From positions 35,168-99,167 of the forward strand of contig CAZXCV010000001.1 in NCBI GenBank assembly GCA_964639215.1: 64,000 bases of DNA. The letters run 5' to 3'. Below, one piece after another: positions 32,076-42,381 of this stretch (its first letter is position 1; every line of letters starts with the position of its first letter). The position numbers and the translations under genes are program-made. The notes below the pieces were generated by a model, which was not told the origin of the DNA, did not search any database, and saw only the letters and a list, made by a program, of their open reading frames with translations. The DNA comes from an uncultured Staphylococcaceae bacterium. GTDB lineage: Bacteria; Bacillota_I; Bacilli_A; RFN20; CAG-826.

Positions 32076-33344
32076 ATGAAGTCACCACTTGCCTTTCGGA
32101 TGCGTCCCCAAACTTTAACTGCCATTCTTGGACAATCACACATCGTTGGTCCTCGTGGTTTTTTAACGAATGCATTAAAGAAGAAAACACTCTTATCAGT
32201 CATTCTTTTTGGACCACCTGGTACTGGAAAGACGACAATCGCTGAAGCTTTCGCAAAAAGTTTTGATGTTCATGCGATTAAGATAAACGCGGTGACCGCA
32301 TCCAAAAAAGAACTTGAACAAGCGATGGATGAAGCTAAGTTATTTCACCCTTCGATCATGATTGTCGACGAAGTTCATCGCCTTCCAAAGGATAAACAAG
32401 ATTTGCTATTAGCCGCGATTGAGGATGGAAGTATGTACTTATTCGGGGCAACGACTGAAAATCCGTACATGGCCATCAATCCTGCCATGCGTTCACGCTG
32501 CCATTTATTAGAAGTCAAACCACTAGCTATCGAAGATATTATGAAAGGTTTAGCACTGGCACTACATGACAAAGCAACTAATATAAATAACGTCACCATC
32601 AATGAAGACGCACTGCTATCGTTAGCAAAATTATCTGGTGGCGACTTACGTTACGCCTACAATGCACTTGAAATAATTCTCATCGCGACTGATGATTCAC
32701 CAATCACCCTTGATCATGTCACGAGGACACTTAAAGTTCCTCCATCGATCATCGATCAAACTGGTGGTGGCCATTATGATGCGATTTCTGCGTTACAAAA
32801 AAGTATTCGTGGCAGTGATGTTGATGCGGCGTTATATTACTTAGCAAGGCTGATTATCGCTGGTGATTTAGAAAGTATCCGCCGTCGTGTGCTTGTCACC
32901 GCTTATGAAGATATTGGTTTAGCAAATCCGAATGCGGTTATGCGCGCTGTTCAAGCGTTAGAAACGGCAAAAATCATCGGTTTTCCTGAAGCCGTCATCC
33001 CGCTTGGATTCACAGTCGCTGAACTAGCGTTATCACCAAAGGCGAAAGTTGCCGCCAACTCAATTCACCATGCACTTGAAGTCGCTGAGAAACAACCGCT
33101 TGAAGTACTCGATTATTTAAAGCTAACTCCTGTTGGTGTTGCTGAAAAAGATAAATATCCATATGATCGCCCCGATCTATGGGAAAAAATTCAATATCTA
33201 CCCGACGCCATAAAACAAATGCAGTTTTTTGAACTTAATGATTCGGGTAGTTACCTAAAACAGTTAAATGAAAATTATCGTCGACTTCAACGTGTAATTC
33301 GTCGTCGTGATTTAGCTAACCTGAAAAAAGAATCAAATATTTAA
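32076..33344 (+). CDS. rarA: replication-associated recombination protein A (AAA+ ATPase MgsA/RarA)
   Basis: 422 aa with Walker A GPPGTGKTT and Walker B IMIVDEVHR, and the MgsA C-terminal domain. Confidence 0.9.
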   Translation: MKSPLAFRMRPQTLTAILGQSHIVGPRGFLTNALKKKTLLSVILFGPPGTGKTTIAEAFAKSFDVHAIKINAVTASKKELEQAMDEAKLFHPSIMIVDEVHRLPKDKQDLLLAAIEDGSMYLFGATTENPYMAINPAMRSRCHLLEVKPLAIEDIMKGLALALHDKATNINNVTINEDALLSLAKLSGGDLRYAYNALEIILIATDDSPITLDHVTRTLKVPPSIIDQTGGGHYDAISALQKSIRGSDVDAALYYLARLIIAGDLESIRRRVLVTAYEDIGLANPNAVMRAVQALETAKIIGFPEAVIPLGFTVAELALSPKAKVAANSIHHALEVAEKQPLEVLDYLKLTPVGVAEKDKYPYDRPDLWEKIQYLPDAIKQMQFFELNDSGSYLKQLNENYRRLQRVIRRRDLANLKKESNI

Positions 33345-34645
33345 CTAATAGTATCGTAGACAATTGGTCCCGCTTGAACAGGATTTAATTGCAATTTGAA
33401 AGCATGCTTAATGTCTTTTAAGACGTCGGTGATATCTTGTTGATTATTAACATGGGCATAGGCGAGGATATCACCTTTATTGACATGTTGTGCGACCTTT
33501 TTATTTAAAACAATCCCAACAGAAAAATCAATGATATCGTCCTTCTTTGAACGACCAGCACCGAGCTTCGTTGCAGCTTCGCCAATTGAAAGGGCATTAA
33601 TCGAGTCAATATAACCACTTTCGTCAGCGACGATTGGAATAATATGCTTGGCTACGGTAAACTTTTCAGGATGTTCAAGATATGTTACATCGCCACCTTG
33701 CGCGTGAATCATTGCACATAGTTTTCTAAACGCTGAACCATCCTCGATGGTCTTCAGAAGTTTAAATCGAGCTTCAGATAAAGTCGTGGCCGCTTGTGCT
33801 TGCAGTAACATAATCGATCCAGCCGCTAGACATAACTCAACAAAATCGGCAGGTCCTTGGCCATGGAGCGTCGCAATCGCTTCTTTAACTTCCAAGATAT
33901 TACCAACTGCTAGTCCGAGTGGTTGTTGCATGTCAGTAATAATTGCGCGCGTATCACGGCCGAGTGCTTTACCAATGGCAACCATTGTTTTTGCTAATTC
34001 TCGAGCATCAGGTAACGTCTTCATAAATGCCCCTTGGCCAAATTTAACATCGAGCAAAATCGTATCCGCGCCTGATGCTAATTTCTTGCTCATAATCGAA
34101 CCAGCAATTAGCGGTAATGATTCAACCGTACCGGTAACATCCCGTAAGGCATACAATTTTTTATCAGCAGGTACAAGACTACCTGTTTGTCCTAAAATAG
34201 CGAGGCCAATATCATTAACTTGGGCAATAAATTGTTCACGTGACATCGATACTGAGACACCAGGAATCGCTTCGAGTTTATCAAGCGTTCCACCAGTATG
34301 TCCAAGACCGCGACCACTCATTTTCGCGACTTTCACGCCACAAGCAGCGACCATCGGGCCTAGCGCGAGGCTTGTTTTATCACCAACGCCACCAGTTGAA
34401 TGTTTGTCAACGGTGACACCATTAATCGCGCTAAGATCAATCGTATCGCCACTATGCATCATTAAATGTGTGAGCGTTGAGGTTTCATGTTCACTCATGG
34501 AAACGAATTTAACAGCCATGAGCCACGAAGCGATTTGATAATCGGGAATAGAACCGTCACTAATCCCTTTGATGATATAAGCCAATTCTTCATCAGTGTG
34601 TTGCCCACCATCGCGTTTTTTTATAATTAAGTCAATCATTCTCAT
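33341..34645 (-). CDS. pdp: pyrimidine-nucleoside phosphorylase
   Basis: 434 aa, MRMIDLIIKKRDG...HSTGGVGDK. Confidence 0.9.
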   Translation of the reverse strand: MRMIDLIIKKRDGGQHTDEELAYIIKGISDGSIPDYQIASWLMAVKFVSMSEHETSTLTHLMMHSGDTIDLSAINGVTVDKHSTGGVGDKTSLALGPMVAACGVKVAKMSGRGLGHTGGTLDKLEAIPGVSVSMSREQFIAQVNDIGLAILGQTGSLVPADKKLYALRDVTGTVESLPLIAGSIMSKKLASGADTILLDVKFGQGAFMKTLPDARELAKTMVAIGKALGRDTRAIITDMQQPLGLAVGNILEVKEAIATLHGQGPADFVELCLAAGSIMLLQAQAATTLSEARFKLLKTIEDGSAFRKLCAMIHAQGGDVTYLEHPEKFTVAKHIIPIVADESGYIDSINALSIGEAATKLGAGRSKKDDIIDFSVGIVLNKKVAQHVNKGDILAYAHVNNQQDITDVLKDIKHAFKLQLNPVQAGPIVYDTIS

Positions 34646-35424
34646 TGTGGGAGCCTCTTTTCTTGTGACAATATTTTATGGCTGACGAGTGTCGTATCTT
34701 TCACTCGTAAATCATCGACTTCTTTTTGAAGGATTCCCCGTACTTGATCTGATAAAGCAACGGACGTCATCCCTTGATATTGAGCGGGAGTGATTGGTTC
34801 GAGAAATTTAATTTGAATCGGAAAACGCTTCATTTTATATTTAGTGTTTAGTGGTCTAAACGTCCCATATGATGCCATCGGGACAATTGGTGTATTCGTG
34901 TCAATCGCTAGTTTAAAGGTACCCGCTTTAAATGGTAATAACGAGCCACGAATGTCTTTATTTCTTGTTCCTTCAGGAAAGATAATCCAACTCGCGAGAT
35001 GATTGCTCAGCGAATATTTGACCTTTTTCAGTACTTGAACTTCTTTTTTAAGGTTATCGCGCTCGATGAAAACACAATCAAGTCCTTTCATGATGCGACC
35101 AAAAAATGGAAATTTGATAATTTCATGTTTTCCGACAAATATGATTGGCTTTTCGGATAAGCAGACAGTAAGCAAGGCATCATACATTGAATAATGATTA
35201 CCAACATAAAGGAAGGTGCCTGGCTGTTTGAGAATATCCCCGTTAATAACGGTATAATCAACGTGCAAATGCTTGACGATTTTTAGCACGAGTTTTCGGA
35301 CCTTGCTATAACGATACTCTAATGGATAACGATCGGGATGGCGTGAAAAAGGAATCATCCAACCAAAATAACTGAAGATGATATCGAAGAAGCAAATGGT
35401 GACCGCGCGAATATATCGAAACAT
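34642..35424 (-). CDS. plsC: 1-acyl-sn-glycerol-3-phosphate acyltransferase family
   Basis: HxxxxD as NHYSMYD, and FPEGTR. Confidence 0.75.
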   Translation of the reverse strand: MFRYIRAVTICFFDIIFSYFGWMIPFSRHPDRYPLEYRYSKVRKLVLKIVKHLHVDYTVINGDILKQPGTFLYVGNHYSMYDALLTVCLSEKPIIFVGKHEIIKFPFFGRIMKGLDCVFIERDNLKKEVQVLKKVKYSLSNHLASWIIFPEGTRNKDIRGSLLPFKAGTFKLAIDTNTPIVPMASYGTFRPLNTKYKMKRFPIQIKFLEPITPAQYQGMTSVALSDQVRGILQKEVDDLRVKDTTLVSHKILSQEKRLPQ

Positions 35425-35481
35425 TATTACACCTGTAATTAGTTATTATAACAAACCAGGCACGCGTGCTCCAGCGTCAGA

Positions 35482-35760
35482 CTACTTCTTTGTGGCTGGA
35501 ATGATCGTTTCTAAGTAGTCTGTCATGATGTGGATGCCGATGTCGCAATCGACTTCAAGGCGTCCTTTGATGAGCACGAGTGTGCCAGGAGCCATCGTCA
35601 TGAAGTAATTATTGGTGGCTCGAGACCAATAACTAATTGGAAACCGATCGATAATAAATTTACCGTTATCATCGCGGTGTGGGCGTTCGACTTCAATGAA
35701 TCGAACATTGGGGCGAATCTCTTCTTTAAGAGTACCTAAGACAACAATGGGTGATAACAT
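35482..35760 (-). CDS. short SSB-like OB-fold protein (92 aa) with no acidic C-terminal tail
   Basis: MLSPIVVLGTLKEE..FIIDRFPISYWSRATNNYFMTMAPGTLVLIKGRLE aligns to the Bacillus SsbA region [48 protein letters not shown]. It has a strong AAGGAGGG RBS. Confidence 0.45.
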   Translation of the reverse strand: MLSPIVVLGTLKEEIRPNVRFIEVERPHRDDNGKFIIDRFPISYWSRATNNYFMTMAPGTLVLIKGRLEVDCDIGIHIMTDYLETIIPATKK

Positions 35761-35824
35761 TTTGTTAACCCTCCTTTACATTAATTGTAAGCGAGGAATA
35801 TTGAGTAAAAATCTCAAGTTTGTC

Positions 35825-37966
35825 TCAAATACACCCAAAAACGAGTAATGATAGCCCCTCAATCATCACTTGTTTCATTGTAACTTCGCGATCTTCGACA
35901 TAACCCTTGTCACTAAAGATGAGTGTCATGTATTCATCTAGTTCATAAAAGTGATCCTCAGTACTTGGATTGATGATGATCAAAAACTGTTTATAAGGCT
36001 TAATCGCGTCTTTATTAATGTAGTGAATGATTATCCCCGTTTCATCGAGATCTTCAAAAGCAATCATTGTTTCAATCTCAGTGGCTGTCTCGGCTCGTAA
36101 GAACGGCAGTCTTTTTCGCAGCTTAACCAAATCGACAAAATATGTGAATAAATCATATCGTTCATCGAGTTGTCGATAATCATAACGATTGACTTTATCA
36201 CCTGATTTATAGGAGTTAAGATCGCCATTTTTTGAGAGCCCAATTTCTTGCCCCATGTGAAAGAATGGAATTCCAAACGCCAACATCGTGGTCGCATTAA
36301 TTAATTTCAGCCGTTTCAGTCGTGTTTGGAGCGATTCATTGCCATTGCTAGCGATCATTTTATCAAACAAGGTGCCGTTATCGTGACATTCAACATAGTT
36401 GATTGATTGTTTGGCATTTGCAAATTTCGAAGGGAAAATCAAATCAAGGCAACTACCGACGTAAGCGAATTTAAAGCCAAGTCGATAGCTCGAGGCACCA
36501 AGCAAATAGCCCCGGTCTTTGAGTTTATCATCCATCGTAGGACCCTTAATAATATCGCGAAATGAATCATTGAAAAAAGCAAATTCTGGTAGTCGATCAC
36601 TATGATGCATTGAGCTTCGTTCATCTTCCTTGAGCTCAGTCGGCATATTCCATCCTTCACCATAAAGCATGAAATCTGGTTTTAGTGCGCGTACAGCTTT
36701 TTGTAGCAATTTAGCCGTGGTTTGATCGATGTTACTCATTAAATCAAAGCGAAAGCCATCAATTCCATAAGTTTTCACCCAATGTAGTGCTGAATCGATA
36801 ATGAGTTTTCGAACCATCGGTTTTTCCGTTGCGACGTCATTACCACAAAATGAACCGTTGGAGAGTCGCCCGTCTTTTCTTCGTCTAAAGTAATAACTTG
36901 GAACGATTTTTTCAAAAACTGATAGATGGGCATGATAGACGTGATTATAAACAACGTCCATCACAATTTTGATACCAGAACGATGATAGGCGCTGACTAG
37001 TCGTTTTAAATCGATAATCCGCGAATATGGATCAGTTAAATCGCTGGCGAATGAACCTTCAGGAACGAAATATTGTTGTGGATCATAACCCCAATTATAA
37101 AAACGACTCGGTTCTTTCTCATCAACTGTTTGAAAGTCATAAATCGGCAATAATTGCAGATGGGTAATACCACTTTGCCGAATGTAATCAAACCCGATTG
37201 GATGTCCTTGTTCGGTGGTGATGCCTTCTTCAATCAATCCAAGAAATCGTCCTTTATTGACGACATTAGTGAGTGGATCACTCGTCAAATCACGAACGCT
37301 TGCCTCATAAATAATCGCATCGGTATAACGGGTTAATCTTGGGAGTGTCTCCTCGTGCAAGTCGATTGCAATTTTTTTAAAATTAATGACGACAGAACTG
37401 ATCCCATTTAATGTCGACCCAAACGCATAGGGGTCAGTGACCGTGACTGTTAAGCCATTATTGGTGATTAAATAAACATACTCAGCGCCATCCAAATCAC
37501 CATTGACAACTAGTTCATATGTGCCGTTGATACTCCGGTTTAATGGTAGAAAATCGGTGTGCTTGTTATGTGTTAGTTTTAAGATAACCGTACTTGCAAG
37601 TGGCGCCCAAACTTTAAATGATGTCGCCTCACTTCCATAAATCGCCCCCAAATCGGTGTCATTATACGTATATTTTTTTTCAAAATCGCTAAAATAAATC
37701 GCGTTAGTAACATCGAGCGGTACACGGGTAAATCCCTCGAGGACAATGTCAAATTGATGACCAAGCGCTAACTCATTATATGATTTTAAGTCATAAACCC
37801 AGCCACCGCTGATAGGGGTGACTTTCTCGATACGTAATGTTTCGATTTTATCAGTATCGGTGATTAGCAAGAAGGGTATTTTTTCTTCCTTGTTGAGTGG
37901 ACCTAAAAGGATGGCTTTGATTTGATTAGAAGCCACGAGTTTACATGTCAAAAAACTGTCTTTCAT
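35825..37966 (-). CDS. pulA: type I pullulanase (GH13, with N-terminal CBM41/48-like domains)
   Basis: 713 aa with GH13 regions VMDVVYNHV, GFRFDLM, YGEGWN and YVECHDN. Confidence 0.85.
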   Translation of the reverse strand: MKDSFLTCKLVASNQIKAILLGPLNKEEKIPFLLITDTDKIETLRIEKVTPISGGWVYDLKSYNELALGHQFDIVLEGFTRVPLDVTNAIYFSDFEKKYTYNDTDLGAIYGSEATSFKVWAPLASTVILKLTHNKHTDFLPLNRSINGTYELVVNGDLDGAEYVYLITNNGLTVTVTDPYAFGSTLNGISSVVINFKKIAIDLHEETLPRLTRYTDAIIYEASVRDLTSDPLTNVVNKGRFLGLIEEGITTEQGHPIGFDYIRQSGITHLQLLPIYDFQTVDEKEPSRFYNWGYDPQQYFVPEGSFASDLTDPYSRIIDLKRLVSAYHRSGIKIVMDVVYNHVYHAHLSVFEKIVPSYYFRRRKDGRLSNGSFCGNDVATEKPMVRKLIIDSALHWVKTYGIDGFRFDLMSNIDQTTAKLLQKAVRALKPDFMLYGEGWNMPTELKEDERSSMHHSDRLPEFAFFNDSFRDIIKGPTMDDKLKDRGYLLGASSYRLGFKFAYVGSCLDLIFPSKFANAKQSINYVECHDNGTLFDKMIASNGNESLQTRLKRLKLINATTMLAFGIPFFHMGQEIGLSKNGDLNSYKSGDKVNRYDYRQLDERYDLFTYFVDLVKLRKRLPFLRAETATEIETMIAFEDLDETGIIIHYINKDAIKPYKQFLIIINPSTEDHFYELDEYMTLIFSDKGYVEDREVTMKQVMIEGLSLLVFGCI

Positions 37967-37971
37967 GATTA

Positions 37972-38319
37972 TTAGTCCGCTTGTTCCATGACTTCACGGC
38001 TGGCAGAGACGTAGACAACCGCAACAGCGTACTCACCATCATGAGAAATTGACACGTCATATTTTTGGTCGTTATAAAGCAAATATGGTACGCCTAATTC
38101 ATCATAAAGGACTGAAATATGACTAAAAGCGATTTGACCAAAACCACCTCTTACTGCTTTTAAAAACGCTTCTTTTGCCGCAAAACGACCAGCAATGAAT
38201 TTAACTTTATCAGCGCGTTTTTCATAAATCGGATATTCAAGCGGTGATAAAATTCGACGGGCTAACAATTCTTTGTTTTCAAATCTCGGCATGTGGACGA
38301 TATCGATACCTATAGCCAT
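37972..38319 (-). CDS. acpS: holo-[acyl-carrier-protein] synthase
   Basis: 115 aa, MAIGIDIV...FAAKEAFLKA. Confidence 0.9.
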   Translation of the reverse strand: MAIGIDIVHMPRFENKELLARRILSPLEYPIYEKRADKVKFIAGRFAAKEAFLKAVRGGFGQIAFSHISVLYDELGVPYLLYNDQKYDVSISHDGEYAVAVVYVSASREVMEQAD

Positions 38320-38321
38320 AT

Positions 38322-40868
38322 TTATTCCTCACTCACGTGGATTTCATTTCCTATTTCATCATAACGAACTAAAACTTTTATGCCTTTGTTCGATTGTGGA
38401 TTATCAGGACCAGGTGCCAAAATTCCTTCAGACTGCAATCGTTTAATCAAACGTGCAACCCGTGAAAATCCCATCTTAAAATCGCGAATGATGCGACTAC
38501 CAGACATATATTCGTTTTGCATGACATAGCGTTTGATTTCATCATACATGTCATCAGGCTGATCATCATAAGATCCAGGAAAAGCTGGACCCATCGCCGT
38601 AACATCAACAAGATTTTCGAAATCAGGATCATAATTTGGTTGACTATGACTCTTAACAAAGCGAACAATTCTTCCCGTATCATCTTCACTGACAAATGCC
38701 CCTTGGAGGCGCAATTCACCGTAGCGTGATAATTTTGGACAGCTGACGATCATGTCACCATTACCAAGTAATTTTTCAGCACCGGCGTGACCAAGAACAG
38801 TCACCGAATCGACTTGTGCATTCATTTGTAAAGCAACTTTGGTAATAATATTGTTCTTGATATTTCCGGATACTACGCGGGTAATCGGACGTTGGGTGGC
38901 GATAATTAAATGAATACCAGCGGCGCGTGACATTGCGGCTAACCGTTCAACGCTCTCACTAATCGATGGAATGCTTTCAACGAGATCAGCATATTCATCG
39001 ACAATTAGGATAATTAGCGGCAGTGGTGCTTGACCATTATCGCGGGCATAGCGATTGTATGAATCGATATTCAATAAACCAACGCTTTTCATAATGTCAT
39101 AGCGTCGATGCATTTCATTCAATAAGCGCGACAAGGCGACTTTGGCTTGTGCATAATCATTAATAATTGGTGCTAATAAGTGTGGGATGTCGCTATAACG
39201 AGCCATTTCGACATGTTTGGGATCAATGATTAAGAGTCGGACATCATCGGGATGAACGCGCATGAGAATTGTCATAATCAGCGTATGCATAAACACGGAT
39301 TTGCCACTTCCAGTTGTACCAGCGACAAGCATGTGAATGATGTCTTTGATCGGTAACACTTCGATTTTGCCCAAGATGTTTTTGCCAAATGGTATCACTA
39401 CGCGTTGATGATATTCGGGATTAGCATCGATATTGCGAATGATTTCCTTAAAACTGACAATGCCAATCTTCTCATTTGGAACCTCAAGTGAAGATGTTGT
39501 TTTTCCAGGGACAACTTCAGTGAATAAAGATGGCATGCCGCCTAATCTTATCGATATTTCATTAATAACGGTGGCCACGGTTTTAACGAGGGTTGAACGG
39601 TCAAGTTGGATATCAAACGAGGTAAATGATGGTCCGACTTGAAAGGAGACAGCCTCAGCTTTGACACCTAAATCAAGAAAAGCTTCATTGATAATGGCTA
39701 AACGCTTGATGGCAATTTCTTCATTATATTCAAAATCTGCTTCTTCAGGCACGTCATCAAGTAAATCGATGCTTGGATATTCATATAATGATGATGGTTG
39801 GGGTATCGATTCATGAGTGCTTAGCTCAGATCGTGGTAACGATGGCGAAATATCCGGCCTTACCGTTTCTAAGGTTACTGTCGCTCGTTTTAATACACTA
39901 GTTGCTTGGTGGCCTGGTCGCGTTAAACTAAGAGAAGTTGTTGGTGTTGGTTCATATGATTGTTTGGGTGCTTCTGGCACTGGTTGTTGCAGTTGACGTT
40001 GATACGTTAATGGTGGTTGTTCATCAACTTGAGTTTGGCGGCGATAAATCGGCTTTCGTAAAGTCGAAGCTTGTGTTTCACGAGCTAATGGTCGCGAATA
40101 AGCGGTTGTCACTTGTTGCGGACGCGGAACAAAACTGACTGTCGGTCGTGGTTTTTCAACCATCGCAGGTGGTTTGGATTCCACCGGTACTGGAACAAAA
40201 TCATCTGCCGGTGTTTCGATGGCTTTAGCAGCTGCCAAGTGTTGTTGTTCAATCCGGCGCTCTTGTTGTGCTTTTCTGATGACTTTAAAAAGAAATCGCC
40301 ATAGCAATCCGAGTGACATGATGACACCGATTGCTAAAACGACATATAGCAAATTAAAACCATTGGCACCACCTATGGATGTCATCAACCCCAACATCAT
40401 AAATCCGACGATGCCACCTGATATTTCCTGGCCATATATCGCTGGGATGTCTTTTAATAGTGGAATGAATCCTTTGTAAGTATTAAAAAAGTTTTGGAGC
40501 GTTACTGGTGTCAAATATCCAGCATTTATAAGGGTGTAGTGACTGAATAACCCAAGTGTCGCTATCAGTGTTAATGTCAAACCAAGCGACATCAAATTGA
40601 AATGGATTTCCAGTGCTTGGCGCCGAATGATACGATAAAAACCAAGGAATATAATGAATAGAAATCCGATGAAATTGAAATTTCCAAAAAACACGGTAAT
40701 CGTGTAATTAAACACTCCACTGACAATCGTCATATTTGTAAACCCCAAAACGCCAATGAGCACCCACATAATGCCAATGAGCACAGCTTCAAAGTCGTGA
40801 TTTACCAGGGGATTAAATGAACTGATTCTGTTTAATTGGTTTTGCTTTTTACGCGCCATAACTAGCAT
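38322..40868 (-). CDS. ftsK: DNA translocase FtsK/SpoIIIE
   Basis: N-terminal TM helices, a P/Q-rich linker, a motor with AGTTGSGKS (Walker A) and a C-terminal gamma wHTH. The alternative start is at 40859. Confidence 0.9.
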   Translation of the reverse strand: MLVMARKKQNQLNRISSFNPLVNHDFEAVLIGIMWVLIGVLGFTNMTIVSGVFNYTITVFFGNFNFIGFLFIIFLGFYRIIRRQALEIHFNLMSLGLTLTLIATLGLFSHYTLINAGYLTPVTLQNFFNTYKGFIPLLKDIPAIYGQEISGGIVGFMMLGLMTSIGGANGFNLLYVVLAIGVIMSLGLLWRFLFKVIRKAQQERRIEQQHLAAAKAIETPADDFVPVPVESKPPAMVEKPRPTVSFVPRPQQVTTAYSRPLARETQASTLRKPIYRRQTQVDEQPPLTYQRQLQQPVPEAPKQSYEPTPTTSLSLTRPGHQATSVLKRATVTLETVRPDISPSLPRSELSTHESIPQPSSLYEYPSIDLLDDVPEEADFEYNEEIAIKRLAIINEAFLDLGVKAEAVSFQVGPSFTSFDIQLDRSTLVKTVATVINEISIRLGGMPSLFTEVVPGKTTSSLEVPNEKIGIVSFKEIIRNIDANPEYHQRVVIPFGKNILGKIEVLPIKDIIHMLVAGTTGSGKSVFMHTLIMTILMRVHPDDVRLLIIDPKHVEMARYSDIPHLLAPIINDYAQAKVALSRLLNEMHRRYDIMKSVGLLNIDSYNRYARDNGQAPLPLIILIVDEYADLVESIPSISESVERLAAMSRAAGIHLIIATQRPITRVVSGNIKNNIITKVALQMNAQVDSVTVLGHAGAEKLLGNGDMIVSCPKLSRYGELRLQGAFVSEDDTGRIVRFVKSHSQPNYDPDFENLVDVTAMGPAFPGSYDDQPDDMYDEIKRYVMQNEYMSGSRIIRDFKMGFSRVARLIKRLQSEGILAPGPDNPQSNKGIKVLVRYDEIGNEIHVSEE

Positions 40869-40982
40869 TTATTATAGCAAACATCTCATTATTTTAATGA
40901 GAACAATTTAAAATTATTCAGAGCACTTCCTTGTTCTAAAACCCATGATATAATTATGTAATCTCTTATTGGAGGGTTTGTT

Positions 40983-41942
40983 GTGCGACGTTTGTCACTT
41001 TGGCTTGTGCCGTTATTTGCGATCACGCTAACTGCATGTGCATCTGATCAGGACATTGTCTTCACTGAAGACACACCATTCGTTATAGAATTAGCGTCTG
41101 ATCACATGCGCATCATGCAAGTTACTGATTTGCATTTGACATATGGCTTTGACCGTAATGACCAAAATACTTATCGGTTAATCGAAGCGTTAGCCGAACA
41201 TACTAATCCTGACATTATTGTGGTCACTGGCGACCTCACCATGACACCACTGGCACCTTCGATTTATCGGCAATTTACGCGCCGGATGGACAAGATTGGT
41301 ATTCCATGGACGTTTGTGTTTGGCAATCATGATTCCGACTTCAATTCTTATAAACGTATTCTCTCTAGCGTAGCTAGTGTTACAACTGAACACATGCTTT
41401 TTAAAATCGGACCCGAATTGACAGATGGCGGTTATGGTAACTTTATGATTGAAGCACGCTATCAAGATTCTCCATTTCATAAAATGTATTTACTTGATAC
41501 CAAAAATGAATTTAATGGTCTCAACGACTATGATTGGCTCAGTGAAGATCAAGTCGCTTGGTATTCCACCCATGCAGCTGATGATGCAATCAACTCACTT
41601 GAATCTACCGTATATATGCATATCCCACTTCTACAGTACAACGAATTTGCCACCCATACGCTTATCGATGGGCAGATGGGGGAAGATCGCGTTTATGCGC
41701 AAGGGCAAGAAACTGGGTTTTTCGATGCGATGGTCGCTCACGGTGTTTCTAAAGGCGTCTATGTTGGTCATGATCACTTATCAAACTTCAGCTTCATCAA
41801 AGACGGCATCATGCTAGCATATGGCCAAACAAGCGGTTATAACGGCTACGGTCAAATTGAGCGAGGAGCTCGCATTATCGAAATTGATAATCTCGGTCAA
41901 CTCAGTTCTTATCTTGTGACTGATGCGGTGGTGACATTATGA
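40983..41942 (+). CDS. lipoprotein metallophosphoesterase (calcineurin-like)
   Basis: GTG start with a GGAGGG RBS. It has a signal peptide plus lipobox LTAC, and the motifs DLHL, GDLT and GNHD. Confidence 0.7.
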   Translation: MRRLSLWLVPLFAITLTACASDQDIVFTEDTPFVIELASDHMRIMQVTDLHLTYGFDRNDQNTYRLIEALAEHTNPDIIVVTGDLTMTPLAPSIYRQFTRRMDKIGIPWTFVFGNHDSDFNSYKRILSSVASVTTEHMLFKIGPELTDGGYGNFMIEARYQDSPFHKMYLLDTKNEFNGLNDYDWLSEDQVAWYSTHAADDAINSLESTVYMHIPLLQYNEFATHTLIDGQMGEDRVYAQGQETGFFDAMVAHGVSKGVYVGHDHLSNFSFIKDGIMLAYGQTSGYNGYGQIERGARIIEIDNLGQLSSYLVTDAVVTL

Positions 41943-42085
41943 AGCTATTTGATCGTCTGATTGTGTTGTTCCTTGCCATCTTTTGGTTTGTCGCTGCCGT
42001 CTTTTTCTTTCGCTTTTACTACATGGCAATTCTACCAGGACTCGCACTGATTTTTGTATTTGTCGGAGGACGCAAACGTGTTTGA
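41939..42085 (+). CDS. small hydrophobic protein (48 aa)
   Basis: ATGA overlap with the preceding stop. MKLFDRLIVLFLAIFWFVAAVFFFRFYYMAILPGLALIFVFVGGRKRV. It is absent from the ORF track because it is shorter than 60 aa. Confidence 0.35.
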   Translation: MKLFDRLIVLFLAIFWFVAAVFFFRFYYMAILPGLALIFVFVGGRKRV

Positions 42086-42353
42086 ACTCATGATTGGCGT
42101 CGCCGTAATCAGTTATATCATCACATTGTTTGGGATGCCCCTTATCCTCTTGCTGTTACGAATCCTTGAGGTCGTCACGAGACGAATGAAGTTAAAGGAT
42201 GCGTTAATTGTCATTTTGACACCGCTATCGCTTGGATATTTTTATCTCATACCTTCACATGGCGTCATTAAAAAGTTTTATCGTGGCCTCGCAATTTTCT
42301 TTACAGTACTACTACTGATAGGAAGCTTCTTTATCTTCTATATGAGCAAATGA
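42078..42353 (+). CDS. small membrane protein (about 91 aa)
   Basis: GTG at 42078 with GGAGGA 7 nt upstream. It has two to three TM helices. Confidence 0.4.
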   Translation: MFELMIGVAVISYIITLFGMPLILLLLRILEVVTRRMKLKDALIVILTPLSLGYFYLIPSHGVIKKFYRGLAIFFTVLLLIGSFFIFYMSK

Positions 42354-42381
42354 AAAATGCGCCAGAAGGCGCATTTATTTT
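42353..42381. terminator. bidirectional Rho-independent terminator
   Basis: ATGCGCC-agaa-GGCGCAT hairpin flanked by AAAAA on one side and TTATTTT on the other. It lies between the convergent small-ORF operon and rnj. Confidence 0.75.

Noticed and set aside
35436-35460. GC-rich palindrome CAGGCACGCGTGCTCCAG downstream of the SSB-like gene
   Set aside because: It is a near-perfect palindrome with no loop and no adjacent T-run, so it is unlikely to be an intrinsic terminator. It could be a restriction-type palindrome.
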